A stretch of 64,000 bases of DNA from a virus (Duplodnaviria > Heunggongvirae > Uroviricota > Caudoviricetes): the IMG/VR virus record IMGVR_UViG_3300042934_000212; one strand, 5' to 3'. The translations under genes were made by a program, and so were the position numbers. The notes beneath the pieces are model-generated. The model had not been told where the DNA came from. It searched no databases and was given only the letters and a program-made list of their open reading frames with translations. Each line of letters opens with the position of its first letter. Position 1 is the first letter of the stretch. Shown in pieces: positions 1 to 10,464 of the stretch.

Positions 1-1
1 T

Positions 2-3000
2 GTTACAGTTAATGCAACCAGTACATTTAATGCACCCGTCACTGTAAACAGTGATGCGTCTGTAAAAGGTAATACCATCTTAGGTGACGCTGCGACGGAC
101 ACTTTAAAAGTTAATGCTGAATCAACTTTCGAAGCACCTGCTAATTTTAACGGCGACGTTATTGTTGGTGATGCTGTAAGTGATTCACTAACTGTAAATT
201 CAACTGCGAATTTAAAAAATAATGTCAACATCGGGGAAGATGCGACTGACATTCTCGCTATTAAAAGCACAACTAACTTCGATAACAATGTAACTATTGG
301 TGATGCGAAGACTGATGTTCTATCTATTAATAGCAAAACTGATATTAAAAATGATGTGGTTATTGGTGAAGATGCAACTGATACACTAACTATCAACAGT
401 ACTGTTGCTCTAGCTGGGGATATTACTTCTTCAGGAAATGCTACATTCGATGGAAATCTAATTGTAAGTGGTGACACCACCCTAGAGAAATTAACCGTAA
501 ACGGCGATTCTGCTCTAAATGGTTCTTTAACTATGGCTTCTGGTACTACTGCTTCTGTTGATAACCTAGTTATTAATGGTAATATAAGCGGTAACTTTAC
601 ACTAGATAACGGAAATTTCAAAACATTAAATGTAACTGGCGTATCTACTCTTACTTCATTGACAGTTTCAGGTACTTCATCACTAGGTAACGTTAACTTA
701 AATGGTAACATTTCTGGTACTTCAAGTTCTGCAACTTTCAAAACGTATAACGTTGCTGGTTCTGACGGAATCATTCAATTTAGTTATAGCGATCCAGCAA
801 GACCAACTGATATTGTTTCTTCAATCGAACCATATCAAGTAAGTTCAAACAAATTCCAAGGTCAACTTGGTGATTTTGATCGTATTACTGTTGGTGATGT
901 AACTTATAGCACCGCTGGCCTAACCGCAGCAGGTATTGCTAAAATTGATTACCTAGATATTGTTGGTAACTCAACAACTGGTACTGGTCGTTCACAATTA
1001 ACCGTCGCTGGTAAAACAACACTACATGATCTAGAAGTACTTGGTTCTGTAACAGGTCTAACTGTAGATTTAACTGGTCAGGATATTAACCCTAACTCAG
1101 TAACTGCAACGGCTGCTGTTAAAGGGGCTACCTTAGAATCGACTGGTAATACTACTGTTGGTGGTAACTTATCAGTAACTGGACAAACAACTACTGTTAA
1201 AGATTTAGTAGTAACTGGTACAACTACTGGTGTAACTGTAACTGCAAATGTTGATGGACAAGATATTAAACCAAATACAGTTGAAACTACTGGTGATACT
1301 TCTGTTGGTGGTGATCTTTCAGTAACTGGTAACTTTAAAACTGCACTAAAAGCAACTGGTGGTATTACAACAAACTCACTTTCTGTAAGTGGTTCTACGG
1401 TTTTAGCTGCTACTACTGTTAATAGCATGTTAACTGCAAATAGTCTATATAGTAAAACCACATTACAAGTAGATGGTAATACTACACTAGCTGGCAATGT
1501 AACAGTATCGGGACAAACTACTACCGTTAAAGATCTAGTAGTAACTGGAACAACAACTGGTGTAACCGTAACTGCAAACGTTGATGGTCAAGATATTAAA
1601 CCAAATACAGTTGAAACTACTGCTGGTATTAAATCAGGTACTACAATCGCGGCTGTTGGTGCATTGTCTGCCGGTTCTATCTCTACTTCTGGTACATTGT
1701 CAGGTGGAGCAACAACTGTAGACTCATTAACTACTACCGGTAAAGTAACTGCTGCATCTTCTGATGTATCTGGTGCATTGTCTGCTGGTTCTATTACAAC
1801 TTCAACTGTTGGTAATGGTTCAAACGCAGTTAACTTCACCTCTAATGTAACTATGGCTAAAGACCTAACAGTAACTGGTACTCTATCTGCTGGAAGTATT
1901 GATTTGAGTTCTTCAACTCTATCAGTAACTGGTGTTGATACTACTGGTGATGTTAACGTTGGTGGTAATTTAGTTGTATCTGGTTCATTCGACCTAAGTC
2001 AGTCTGATATATATGTTAATTCATTAACTTCAGCTAACGCAGTTGTTGTTTCAAGTACATCTGCTGAATCAAAACTACCTGTACTAACAAGTACAACATT
2101 GAAGTCTAGTACATTAAATGTTACTGGTGCTTCTGTATTATCTGGTCTAACCGCAAGTACAATTACTGCTACTGGTAATTCAACACTTGCTGCTGTTTCT
2201 GCAACTACATTAACTGCATCTGGCACTTCAACCTTTAATGGAAGTATTACCTCTGCAAATAGTACTGTTGCTATTGGAAAATCAACCGAAATTACTGGTG
2301 ATCTATCAGTATCGGGTACACTAACTGCTGGTGTTATTGATTTAAGTACTACTGACGTAACTGTTAAATCATTAGTATCTAATGGTAATACACACGTTAA
2401 AGGTGATTTGGTTGTTGATGGTTCATTTGATCTAAGTGCAACTAATCTATCTGCTGCAAGTCTTGCAAGTTCTGGTTCAACAACTGTTGGAACTTCATTG
2501 ATTCTAACTGACGGTACTATTACTGGTGCTCCTAAAATTTCTGGAAATACAACAATTGGTGGTACTCTAGGTGTTACTGGTGCAACTTCACTATCTTCAC
2601 TAACTACTTCTGGTAATACTACTTTAGGTGGTACTCTAGGTGTAACTGGTGCGATTTCAAAAGTTGGTGGTGGTAGCCTATCTGTTAGTTCTGCAACTGT
2701 GTTCTCAAGTGATGTTACTGTTAATGGCACATTCACCCCAGCAGGTGGTTTAAACCTATCTGGTGCTGATCTTTCAGTAAATTCAGTTACTACTGCTGCT
2801 GCTGTTTCTGTTGGAACAACTTTAGGCGTAACTGGTGCAACTACTCTAGCTGGTTTAACTGCTGCTAATACAACAGTTTCTGGAACACTAGATGTTTCTG
2901 GAAAATCCACTTTGGGTGTTCTTGCTGCTGGTGCAACTACATTGTCAAGTACTCTATCTGTTACAGGTAACACTACTGTAGGTGGTACTTTAACCGTTAA

Positions 3001-4141
3001 TGGTGCAACTGCAACATTGAAAGCTACTTCAGCTACTACAATGACAGTAGGTACTGGTACTGTTGACTCAACCAAAGTTGTTAACGTGTTTGGTGATTCT
3101 GTACTTAATGGTAACTTAGATGTAACTGGTACAATTAACGCATCAATTAACTTAACTGGTCGTGACATTGCTCCACGTGGTATTACCGCTTCTGCTAATA
3201 TTAGTGCTGCTGGTTCAATCACTGCGGGTACTTCTGTTACTGCTGCAACTGCTGTTATTGGTGCATCTGGAAGTACTAACAATAACCTACAGATTAATGG
3301 TAACGCTGTTACTACTGGTGATTTCACAGTAACTGGTAAGATTATTGGTACACTAGACCAAACAACTTCTGATTTAACTGTTAAGAGTATTACTACTTCA
3401 GGTCTTGCAAAAGTTGGTACAACTCTACAGGTTGTTGGAGCATCTACATTAGCTGGTCTATCTGCAACGAACATTACTGCTAGCGGTACTTTAGGTGTAA
3501 CTGGTTCAACTACGTTAGCTGGTGTAACTGCAACTAGTATTTCAAGTTCAGGTACTTTAGGTGTAACTGGTATTTCCACTTTAGGTGTACTAAACGCTGG
3601 TAATACTGCAATCACTGGTACTCTAAGTACTTCAGGACTTGCAACACTATCTTCAGCAAGCGTAACTGGTAATACTACTTTAGGTACTTCATCTTCTAAC
3701 ACTCTAACTGTTAATGCAACGTCTAACTTTGCAAACGCAGTAACTGTTAAAGATATTACTGTTACTGGTACATTGAATACTGATTTGTCTAACTTAGTAA
3801 CCACTTCGTTCAAAACTGGTACTTACTATGTTAAACAACATGCTACTGAAACTGTTAGTACTACTACTTGGACTCCAGATGGTACTTCTAACGTTTATAA
3901 CTTAACTGTATCCTCAGATACTGCTGTTCAGCCAATTTCTGGTGCAACTACTAAAGGTGCAGGTTCATGGTTCATTTACATAACCCAGGATAGTACTGGA
4001 CAACGTAATGTAACTTGGGATTCTTCATACAAGATCATCGGTGGTTCAGTAAACACTAATGCTGGTGCAGTAAGTATTTGCCAAGTAGTTTACTGTGGTA
4101 TTGGTTCAACATTTGATGTGTTCATCGCACAACGCCCATAA
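2..4141 (+). CDS. Very long Gly/Thr/Ser/Val-rich repetitive tail-fibre-like virion protein; 5' end lies outside the window
   Basis: The frame of the 356..4141 ORF is open back to base 2 (VTVNATSTFNAPVTVNSD...). It has many [VL]xVxG beta-repeats and a small C-terminal domain (WFIYITQDSTGQRNVTW). Confidence 0.8.
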   Translation, partial: VTVNATSTFNAPVTVNSDASVKGNTILGDAATDTLKVNAESTFEAPANFNGDVIVGDAVSDSLTVNSTANLKNNVNIGEDATDILAIKSTTNFDNNVTIGDAKTDVLSINSKTDIKNDVVIGEDATDTLTINSTVALAGDITSSGNATFDGNLIVSGDTTLEKLTVNGDSALNGSLTMASGTTASVDNLVINGNISGNFTLDNGNFKTLNVTGVSTLTSLTVSGTSSLGNVNLNGNISGTSSSATFKTYNVAGSDGIIQFSYSDPARPTDIVSSIEPYQVSSNKFQGQLGDFDRITVGDVTYSTAGLTAAGIAKIDYLDIVGNSTTGTGRSQLTVAGKTTLHDLEVLGSVTGLTVDLTGQDINPNSVTATAAVKGATLESTGNTTVGGNLSVTGQTTTVKDLVVTGTTTGVTVTANVDGQDIKPNTVETTGDTSVGGDLSVTGNFKTALKATGGITTNSLSVSGSTVLAATTVNSMLTANSLYSKTTLQVDGNTTLAGNVTVSGQTTTVKDLVVTGTTTGVTVTANVDGQDIKPNTVETTAGIKSGTTIAAVGALSAGSISTSGTLSGGATTVDSLTTTGKVTAASSDVSGALSAGSITTSTVGNGSNAVNFTSNVTMAKDLTVTGTLSAGSIDLSSSTLSVTGVDTTGDVNVGGNLVVSGSFDLSQSDIYVNSLTSANAVVVSSTSAESKLPVLTSTTLKSSTLNVTGASVLSGLTASTITATGNSTLAAVSATTLTASGTSTFNGSITSANSTVAIGKSTEITGDLSVSGTLTAGVIDLSTTDVTVKSLVSNGNTHVKGDLVVDGSFDLSATNLSAASLASSGSTTVGTSLILTDGTITGAPKISGNTTIGGTLGVTGATSLSSLTTSGNTTLGGTLGVTGAISKVGGGSLSVSSATVFSSDVTVNGTFTPAGGLNLSGADLSVNSVTTAAAVSVGTTLGVTGATTLAGLTAANTTVSGTLDVSGKSTLGVLAAGATTLSSTLSVTGNTTVGGTLTVNGATATLKATSATTMTVGTGTVDSTKVVNVFGDSVLNGNLDVTGTINASINLTGRDIAPRGITASANISAAGSITAGTSVTAATAVIGASGSTNNNLQINGNAVTTGDFTVTGKIIGTLDQTTSDLTVKSITTSGLAKVGTTLQVVGASTLAGLSATNITASGTLGVTGSTTLAGVTATSISSSGTLGVTGISTLGVLNAGNTAITGTLSTSGLATLSSASVTGNTTLGTSSSNTLTVNATSNFANAVTVKDITVTGTLNTDLSNLVTTSFKTGTYYVKQHATETVSTTTWTPDGTSNVYNLTVSSDTAVQPISGATTKGAGSWFIYITQDSTGQRNVTWDSSYKIIGGSVNTNAGAVSICQVVYCGIGSTFDVFIAQRP
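1181..1622 (+). repeat. Internal ~112-bp direct duplication (1181-1292 and 1511-1622)
   Basis: Both copies encode GQTTTVKDLVVTGTTTGVTVTANVDGQDIKPNTVETT. They are 330 bp apart and differ only at synonymous sites. Confidence 0.9.
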
Positions 4142-4154
4142 TAGGAGATAAAGG

Positions 4155-4793
4155 ATGATTTACTTATCAGTAGTAAAAAATGATAGTGGTGATTGGGTAA
4201 TTCTAAAAACCATCACGAACGTTATTAACGTTCGTGGTAACAAAACTGGAAACACTTATGGTGATATTTCAGCACTAAGTTTAGATGTTCGTCGTTCTGA
4301 AGGTTTTTGGACACAAAAAGACCTTTATGTTAATACTGGTGAATTCATGGTATTCAAAGAGAAGACAGTTGATTTCTCTGAACAGAATGCAGAAGTTACC
4401 AATACATACATATATGAGTTAATGCCTTTAGATGATATTCGAAACGACCTTTTAGGTCGTGTCGATTCTAAACGTGATGGTTTGTATTATGCTGGTTTTA
4501 CGTTCCAAGACAAACAATTTTATTCAGGTCTTGCAAACAGAAGTAATATTCAGCTAATGCTTTTGAATTCTATCGTTGATGAAGCAAATTTCCCAAGCGA
4601 TTTAGTTTGGGATACTGTAGATGGTGAACAAATCCCAATGGATTTGGCTACCTTTAGAGCATTTGCTAAACAACTAGCAGACACAACACGTGAACTATTC
4701 ATTACAGCACGTTCAATTAAAGCAGCAATTAATGCTGCGACGACTTATGAAGATTTACGTTCCGCAGCATCATGGAATGGTGAAGCACTATAA
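4155..4793 (+). CDS. DUF4376-type tail-fibre-associated (assembly/chaperone) protein
   Basis: C-terminal half (..WDTVDGEQIPMDLATFRAFA..ARSIKAAINAA..) resembles DUF4376; it follows the fibre gene directly. Confidence 0.6.
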   Translation: MIYLSVVKNDSGDWVILKTITNVINVRGNKTGNTYGDISALSLDVRRSEGFWTQKDLYVNTGEFMVFKEKTVDFSEQNAEVTNTYIYELMPLDDIRNDLLGRVDSKRDGLYYAGFTFQDKQFYSGLANRSNIQLMLLNSIVDEANFPSDLVWDTVDGEQIPMDLATFRAFAKQLADTTRELFITARSIKAAINAATTYEDLRSAASWNGEAL

Positions 4794-4821
4794 AAAAAAG
4801 CCGGTAAAACCGGCTTTTTTT
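4793..4821 (+). terminator. Intrinsic terminator
   Basis: A7-GCCGG-TAAAA-CCGGC-T7. Confidence 0.85.
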
Positions 4822-4856
4822 ATGTCCGTAGAAGTGCAAAATATGGGTTATGTGAA

Positions 4857-4862
4857 TAAATA
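4857..4862 (+). promoter_or_regulatory. T4-late-like TAAATA box
   Basis: TAAATA lies between the terminator and the ATG at 4914; the same box precedes other structural genes. Confidence 0.5.
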
Positions 4863-4913
4863 TTCTGTATATCATTGATATATAAAAAATAAAATCTAAT
4901 TAATGAGGTAAAA

Positions 4914-6638
4914 ATGGCTAACAATATGATCAGTGTCGGTTCAATCGAAGAACTAAAATTTCTAGAACCATCTAGTACAAATGACTTTGTATATGTTCGT
5001 TCTTTTTATGAAGGGAAGAATGTTGGTGGCGGCAATTTCTATTATGATAGTGTTGATAAAAGAACAGCAACTGATAATGTAACTATTTTCGTCACACCAA
5101 AGGGTGCGAGATGGAAAAAAGTTATTGAAGATGCAAACTTATTAGATGTTACAAATTTTGGTGCAATACCAGATGGTGTTACTGATTGTTCAAACGCATG
5201 TCTTGCTATGCACAAATGGTCACAAAAAAATAGCCCAAGGCTAGGTATTCAGTTTCCTGCTGGTACTTTCAAATTAAATGGTATAGATTTATCTTCTTCA
5301 TCTATGCCATTCTTCAGAATGGTTGGTGCACCTGTTGCATTTGGCTATTTCCCTACCACAACTTTAGTGTCAGATCAAGATAGTGGTATGATGATTAAAG
5401 TAAAAGCACGTTGGTCAGAATTCGGTAATTTTTTAATTAATGGTGAAAATAACCTTAAGGAATTTAATTACAAACTTAATACTAAAGGGTTCTTCCAAAA
5501 TATCGAAATTGAAGGTCAATATATTCGTGGTACTAATCTAAGATTTGCAAATATGGGTGGAATCTGTATATCACTAGTTGATACATTAGATACCAAAATA
5601 GATCAATTTTATGCAAGTAAATGTGTTGGTGGAGTGATTAAAGCTGAGTGGTCAGATTCATCTTATCATTCATGGGATCATTCTACTGCTATCGAATTAA
5701 CCAACTTTAACATGCAAGATTGTACGGGTGATGCACAAGTATTTGACTTACAGCGTTGTACTCAATCAATTATTAGAAATGGTTGGTTAGAAAGATGTAC
5801 TAATCCCGGTGATTTATCTAATGGTCAATGGGTTATTGAAGCATTGAGTATGGAAGGTTGTGTAAACCCATTAAATCTAACGTACTGTCGTTATATTATG
5901 AGTCAGAAAAACTTACAAGGAACATCAGCAATTACTATCAGTGATAGTTCTAAGTCTTCTTGGTTATCTATTTGGGAAGATGGAAATGTAAATATTGAAA
6001 ACTATGGTATTAAAACCAATGGTTCAATGAACTATGGTCATCTTACTTCACAATACCGTTTGTCAAATAATTCACAAACATCAAATTGGTTCAAAGTGGG
6101 TGATGTTTTTGTTCCAGGTGATGGTGATACTGTTAACATCCGTTTGGTTGGCAGTCTTGGTTTTTCAAGTTCTACTAATACTCATGAAGTTGCTAATGGT
6201 CGTCATGGTAACGGTGAAGCTTTAATCCGACTTCAAAAGAAATCAGGTGGTATTGGTATGACATGGGAAGGTTTTGGTTCATGTCCAGTACTGGATGTAA
6301 TGTATATCGCTGAATCAAACAAGACTAATTGTGCAATCTATGTAAAACTTGGTCCATATGTTATGAACACTGCCGTAATATTAGAATCATCAGCTAAAGA
6401 TCGTTTCTATGCTGGTGTTTGTTTCAGATGGACATTTGATGGTTCAAAAACAACTGAAGATGAAATTAAAGCTTTATCTGGTGTTCAGGCATTGGGGCAG
6501 GCTTCATGGAATGCTGGTAACAATGGAATTGTTTTAAGTGCAGATGGTTATATTGGCTTAAAAACATTACCGATTGAAAACAATCAACTACCACTTTATA
6601 TTAATGGCGTGTTGTATAAAATCGCATTAACTAAATAA
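4914..6638 (+). CDS. Tailspike/EPS depolymerase, AmsF/WceF-like beta-helix
   Basis: Tailspike-type N-terminus (VRSFYEGKNVGGGNFYYD) and a pectate-lyase-3-like start (DVTNFGAIPDGVTD). Motifs FGYFPTTTLVSD, LVDTLDTKIDQFYAS, WDHSTAIELTNFN and GDLSNGQWVIEALS are recalled from the AmsF/WceF family. Confidence 0.65.
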   Translation: MANNMISVGSIEELKFLEPSSTNDFVYVRSFYEGKNVGGGNFYYDSVDKRTATDNVTIFVTPKGARWKKVIEDANLLDVTNFGAIPDGVTDCSNACLAMHKWSQKNSPRLGIQFPAGTFKLNGIDLSSSSMPFFRMVGAPVAFGYFPTTTLVSDQDSGMMIKVKARWSEFGNFLINGENNLKEFNYKLNTKGFFQNIEIEGQYIRGTNLRFANMGGICISLVDTLDTKIDQFYASKCVGGVIKAEWSDSSYHSWDHSTAIELTNFNMQDCTGDAQVFDLQRCTQSIIRNGWLERCTNPGDLSNGQWVIEALSMEGCVNPLNLTYCRYIMSQKNLQGTSAITISDSSKSSWLSIWEDGNVNIENYGIKTNGSMNYGHLTSQYRLSNNSQTSNWFKVGDVFVPGDGDTVNIRLVGSLGFSSSTNTHEVANGRHGNGEALIRLQKKSGGIGMTWEGFGSCPVLDVMYIAESNKTNCAIYVKLGPYVMNTAVILESSAKDRFYAGVCFRWTFDGSKTTEDEIKALSGVQALGQASWNAGNNGIVLSADGYIGLKTLPIENNQLPLYINGVLYKIALTK

Positions 6639-6642
6639 ATTA

Positions 6643-6668
6643 AAGGCCAATCGCAAGATTGGCTTTTT
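6643..6668 (+). terminator. Intrinsic terminator with GCAA tetraloop
   Basis: GGCCAATC-GCAA-GATTGGCT followed by a T-run. Confidence 0.85.
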
Positions 6669-6682
6669 TGTTTTAACCCCAA

Positions 6683-6688
6683 TAAATA
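6683..6688 (+). promoter_or_regulatory. T4-late-like TAAATA box
   Basis: TAAATA about 32 nt upstream of the ATG at 6720, just after a terminator. Confidence 0.55.
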
Positions 6689-6719
6689 CTTGATATAACC
6701 ATTATATAAGGATATTTTA

Positions 6720-8603
6720 ATGAGTGCAACAAGAATTAAAGGTGCTGAAGGTGTAATAATTGATAGTAATTACTACCTTGAACTACCTAAAGCACAGACA
6801 AAAACTACTACCTTCTCTGAACGTGCAGGTATGATCCGTTATAATACAGCATGGAAAGCATTTGAAGGTATTCTTGATTTTGATGATGGTACAGTAGAAT
6901 ACAGACGCTTTGCAAATCTAGATGCTAACGGACAACTATTAACATCACAACTACCAGATTCAATAACAAGTGGTATGGATTATATCGGTACTTATTCACC
7001 TATTTCAGATGATATTGATCCACCAATTGTAGCAGGTCAATATGACAAACTTCCTGCACCATCAACATCAAATTCAGGGGATTACTTTATTGTTCGTGGT
7101 GTTTATGATGCAGCACAAGCACATTATACTGCAAATACCCCAAGTACTTCACCCGTAATTTTCACTGCAACTAATCCAAGTTCAGCAGGAAACTGGATTG
7201 AGATTAAGTACTATTTCGATATCGATCCGGTTGAAACAAGCAAAAAGATTGTTGTTGCTGCATTCGCTCGAATTGTTACTTCTGCAATTCCAGCCTCTGG
7301 ACATGAAGGTTTAGTATCACTTTCAAGCGATACTGATTTAACGGATGCATTCACTTTAACTAATGATCGCTCAATTGAAAAAGCATTAACTGATGGTGAT
7401 TGGATTATCAGTACTGGTGTTAAACAACAACGCCTACGTAGTTCTCGTGTAAGTATAAGTGCTGGAGCAGTTACTTTTGACCGCACACTTTCTACTGCAA
7501 CCAATCGTGGCTTTACATCAAGCACAGGTACAGTACAAACCATCACGGATAGCCTTATCCAATTCGGTTTACGCCGCACTGGAGACGCTATGTACGACGA
7601 TGGTGGTAAAGGTGCCGGACGGTTAGGGGTAACTTATGGTACTGCCACAGCCCCTGCTATTGCGTTTAACAATACTCCATTTGACCCAACCGCTAATCCA
7701 GGAATTGATCCTACATTATGGTCAGATACTACAACTGGTATTTTCCATCCAGCTACTGGTAGCATTGGTTTAAGTGCTAGTGGAATAGAGCGTTTACGTA
7801 TTTCTCCCACACAGATTATAACATATCCGGTAACTACTGCAACGGCAACAACACCGAATATTCTATTCTCAGCAACTGGTAATACTCAGCTTGGTCTTTT
7901 GACAACATCGAATACTATTAGATTTGTTAGTAATGGTGCGGTTAACGTTACCTTTGCACAAGGTCTAAGTACTTTTAGTGGTGATGTTTCCGTAACAGGT
8001 AACACGCAATTAGGTGATGCATCAACTGACACCGTTACTGTAACCGCATTAAGTAATTTCAATAATACAAGTAACAGTTTTGCTGGATTGCAGATGGTAT
8101 CTGGCTCAGCAATGACATTTAATGGTACAAACACTGCTTCAATTACCAAAGGTGCAACATCTTTGAATATTAATATGACTGCATATGATGATGTATCTAT
8201 TATGGATGGAAGTACGCTACGTACTAAATTCAATAGGTATGGTATTCAGTTACCAGTTCTAAATCCAATTGATGATTCGGTTGGCGTTGATGGGATGATT
8301 GCATATAGTTCTTCAAGAAGTACTGTCATGCAGAAAACTGGTGGTAAGTGGGTTGTGGTAGGTTCTGGTGGTGGGGTAGCTACTACTTTCGCAGTATCAG
8401 ATTGGGTCTTAAATGGTTCTAATTATAATTATACCATTACAAGTGCTAATATCCTAAGCGTGACTGTTCAGGAATTAAGTGGTTCTAATTATAGTCCAGT
8501 TGAAGTTGATACTATCGTAATATCACCAACTAACGCAGTACTATCAGTACCTGCAAGTCCAGATTTGAGATTTGCTGGTCGCATAATTGTACAATATCAA
8601 TAA
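6720..8603 (+). CDS. Virion structural protein (tail/fibre associated)
   Basis: 627 aa and Thr/Ser/Gly-rich. It has the GMIRYNT..FEG motif typical of phage fibre proteins and a GDASTDTVTV repeat shared with the first ORF. Confidence 0.6.
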   Translation: MSATRIKGAEGVIIDSNYYLELPKAQTKTTTFSERAGMIRYNTAWKAFEGILDFDDGTVEYRRFANLDANGQLLTSQLPDSITSGMDYIGTYSPISDDIDPPIVAGQYDKLPAPSTSNSGDYFIVRGVYDAAQAHYTANTPSTSPVIFTATNPSSAGNWIEIKYYFDIDPVETSKKIVVAAFARIVTSAIPASGHEGLVSLSSDTDLTDAFTLTNDRSIEKALTDGDWIISTGVKQQRLRSSRVSISAGAVTFDRTLSTATNRGFTSSTGTVQTITDSLIQFGLRRTGDAMYDDGGKGAGRLGVTYGTATAPAIAFNNTPFDPTANPGIDPTLWSDTTTGIFHPATGSIGLSASGIERLRISPTQIITYPVTTATATTPNILFSATGNTQLGLLTTSNTIRFVSNGAVNVTFAQGLSTFSGDVSVTGNTQLGDASTDTVTVTALSNFNNTSNSFAGLQMVSGSAMTFNGTNTASITKGATSLNINMTAYDDVSIMDGSTLRTKFNRYGIQLPVLNPIDDSVGVDGMIAYSSSRSTVMQKTGGKWVVVGSGGGVATTFAVSDWVLNGSNYNYTITSANILSVTVQELSGSNYSPVEVDTIVISPTNAVLSVPASPDLRFAGRIIVQYQ

Positions 8604-8630
8604 AAAAAGGAGCCAAAGGCTCCTTTTCTT
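8602..8630. terminator. Bidirectional terminator at the convergence of plus and minus gene blocks
   Basis: A7-GGAGCC-AAA-GGCTCC-TTTTCTT between two converging stop codons. Confidence 0.9.
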
Positions 8631-9566
8631 TTATACAGCCATTGGTGCTTTAATGGTTGCGTCTGGATTATAGTTCTCTAACCGGAATGAATCCATTGTG
8701 AACTTTTCAATATCATCAATTAAAGGATCAATCCATAGAGTAGGTAACTCTTTTGGAGTACGTTCTAATTGCTCTTTAACTTGGTCAACGTGGTTTTTAT
8801 AGATGTGACAATCACCACCCATCCAAATAAACTCACCAACTCCCAATCCACAAACTTGTGCTAACATATGAGTTAGTAGTGAATATGATGCGATGTTAAA
8901 TGGAACACCTAAGAATAAATCAGCAGAACGTTGATATAATGTACAAGATAGTTTCCCATCAACTACGAAGAATTGACTAAATGCATGACATGGTGGTAGA
9001 GTCATTTTATCAAGTTCTCCAACATTCCATGCAGTCATGATATGACGACGACTGTCTGGATTATTTTTCAATCCATCAATTAGTACTTGTAACTGGTCAA
9101 TAGTTCTTGAAAGTACAGAAACACCTTGATATGTATCTTGTGCAACTTCAACTTCGTAACCAGCTTTTTCATATTCAGCATAGCTTTCAAATGCAGGAAC
9201 TACGATGTAGTCAACCCATTCACGCCATTGTTTACCATATACTGGACCCAATTCACCATCAGAATAACCTAATGATACTCCCTGATTCTGATAATTACCT
9301 GTCCAAATAGTTTTCTTTTCCCAATCACGTGTACCATGAAGTATTTCAGCTAAACGTCGTTCGTCATGTGAACCTTCAATAAACCACAATAGTTCAGATA
9401 GCATTGCTTTCCATGCTAAACGTTTGGTAGTTGTCGCTGGATAACCCGCGTTCAAATCAAACCGCATTGTTTGACCGATTAATTTGATAGTACCTGTACC
9501 AGTTCTGTCAGAACTCTCAGAACCTTCTTCAAGTACTTTCGCGTATAGATCGTGTAATTGCTGCAT
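8631..9566 (-). CDS. thyA: Thymidylate synthase
   Basis: DRTGTGT, ELLWFI, GPVYGKQWR, LPPCH (catalytic Cys), QRSADLFLGVPFNIASY, GDCHIY. Confidence 0.97.
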   Translation of the reverse strand: MQQLHDLYAKVLEEGSESSDRTGTGTIKLIGQTMRFDLNAGYPATTTKRLAWKAMLSELLWFIEGSHDERRLAEILHGTRDWEKKTIWTGNYQNQGVSLGYSDGELGPVYGKQWREWVDYIVVPAFESYAEYEKAGYEVEVAQDTYQGVSVLSRTIDQLQVLIDGLKNNPDSRRHIMTAWNVGELDKMTLPPCHAFSQFFVVDGKLSCTLYQRSADLFLGVPFNIASYSLLTHMLAQVCGLGVGEFIWMGGDCHIYKNHVDQVKEQLERTPKELPTLWIDPLIDDIEKFTMDSFRLENYNPDATIKAPMAV

Positions 9567-9873
9567 TTTCTTTCCTTAGATCATAAACTGTTTTATTCAA
9601 CTCTTTAATTTTATTTTGGAATTGAATAATTATTTCTTCCATGTTGTATTGTATGCTAGACAACTCTCTGTCGTAGCGGTCTTCTGCCTCAGAATAACCA
9701 TCTTTGTGAGAACGTTCGAGATCCTTTTCGTGGTTATATTCCAAATCGCCGATTTTTTTTTCGTAATCGACTACAGCTTCTTTATAACCTTCGTCATAAC
9801 CTTCAGAATGGCCTAATTCCCTTCCAGCTTCAACACCTTCTTCGTAACCATCTTCGTATGAATATTCCGACAT
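9529..9873 (-). CDS. Hypothetical protein with GYxEG repeats and coiled coil
   Basis: YEDGYEEG..HSEGYDEGYKE repeats; overlaps the thyA start. Confidence 0.6.
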   Translation of the reverse strand: MSEYSYEDGYEEGVEAGRELGHSEGYDEGYKEAVVDYEKKIGDLEYNHEKDLERSHKDGYSEAEDRYDRELSSIQYNMEEIIIQFQNKIKELNKTVYDLRKENAAITRSIREST

Positions 9874-9876
9874 ATA

Positions 9877-10464
9877 TCACTCAAATTTAGAGGCGAAGTT
9901 ATCCATATGTTCTTGCGTTGCACGGCGAGTACCGATGCCCGTCCATTTACCATGTGGTTTAGGAACACTTTCAACTTCTATAAATTGTTTTGTTTGATTA
10001 CAGTACTGATATACTTTGTTATCCATAATATCGTAGTGATAAATTTCTTTATCTTCGTTATCACGGTCTAAGTACATTTGAACCGCCCATGCAGTTCCGC
10101 CATCTAATTGTGAAGGAGATACTAATTCACCGATGGTATATACTCTTTCAGTACAATATATTTGATAGCTATTCCTAGCTAGTAAATTGTATACATAACC
10201 GAATCTAGGAACGCTTCTTCCTAGTGTTCGATTAGCTAATTTTAATTGATCCTGCACTTCTTTACAGGTTAGTAATTCGTTTGGTAATTCAACAACAGTA
10301 CTTTCATCAACATGTGCTTTATGAGCAGCAAAGGAAAAGTGTATTTCATCTTGACCATTCGCTGACGCCCACAAACCAAAAAGGCGGTCAGCTCCCGCTG
10401 CACCGCCACTGAAACATACGTTTTCGAATCCCATCAAAATGACAGCTAATTCATTACGTTGCAT
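9877..10464 (-). CDS. SLOG-superfamily-like protein
   Basis: N-terminal FSGGAAGADRLF and GGTAWAV motifs typical of SLOG nucleotide-binding folds. Confidence 0.55.
   Translation of the reverse strand: MQRNELAVILMGFENVCFSGGAAGADRLFGLWASANGQDEIHFSFAAHKAHVDESTVVELPNELLTCKEVQDQLKLANRTLGRSVPRFGYVYNLLARNSYQIYCTERVYTIGELVSPSQLDGGTAWAVQMYLDRDNEDKEIYHYDIMDNKVYQYCNQTKQFIEVESVPKPHGKWTGIGTRRATQEHMDNFASKFE

Noticed and set aside
1999-3813. 604-aa antisense ORF (and other minus-strand ORFs inside the first fibre gene)
   Set aside because: It is a shadow of the repetitive Gly/Thr/Val codons on the plus strand. Its V/P/T/A composition mirrors them, and it has no SD or promoter.
8631-9566. Intron or intein in thyA (as in T4 td)
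   Set aside because: The ORF is continuous and of normal length, with only a short insertion after the WREW motif.
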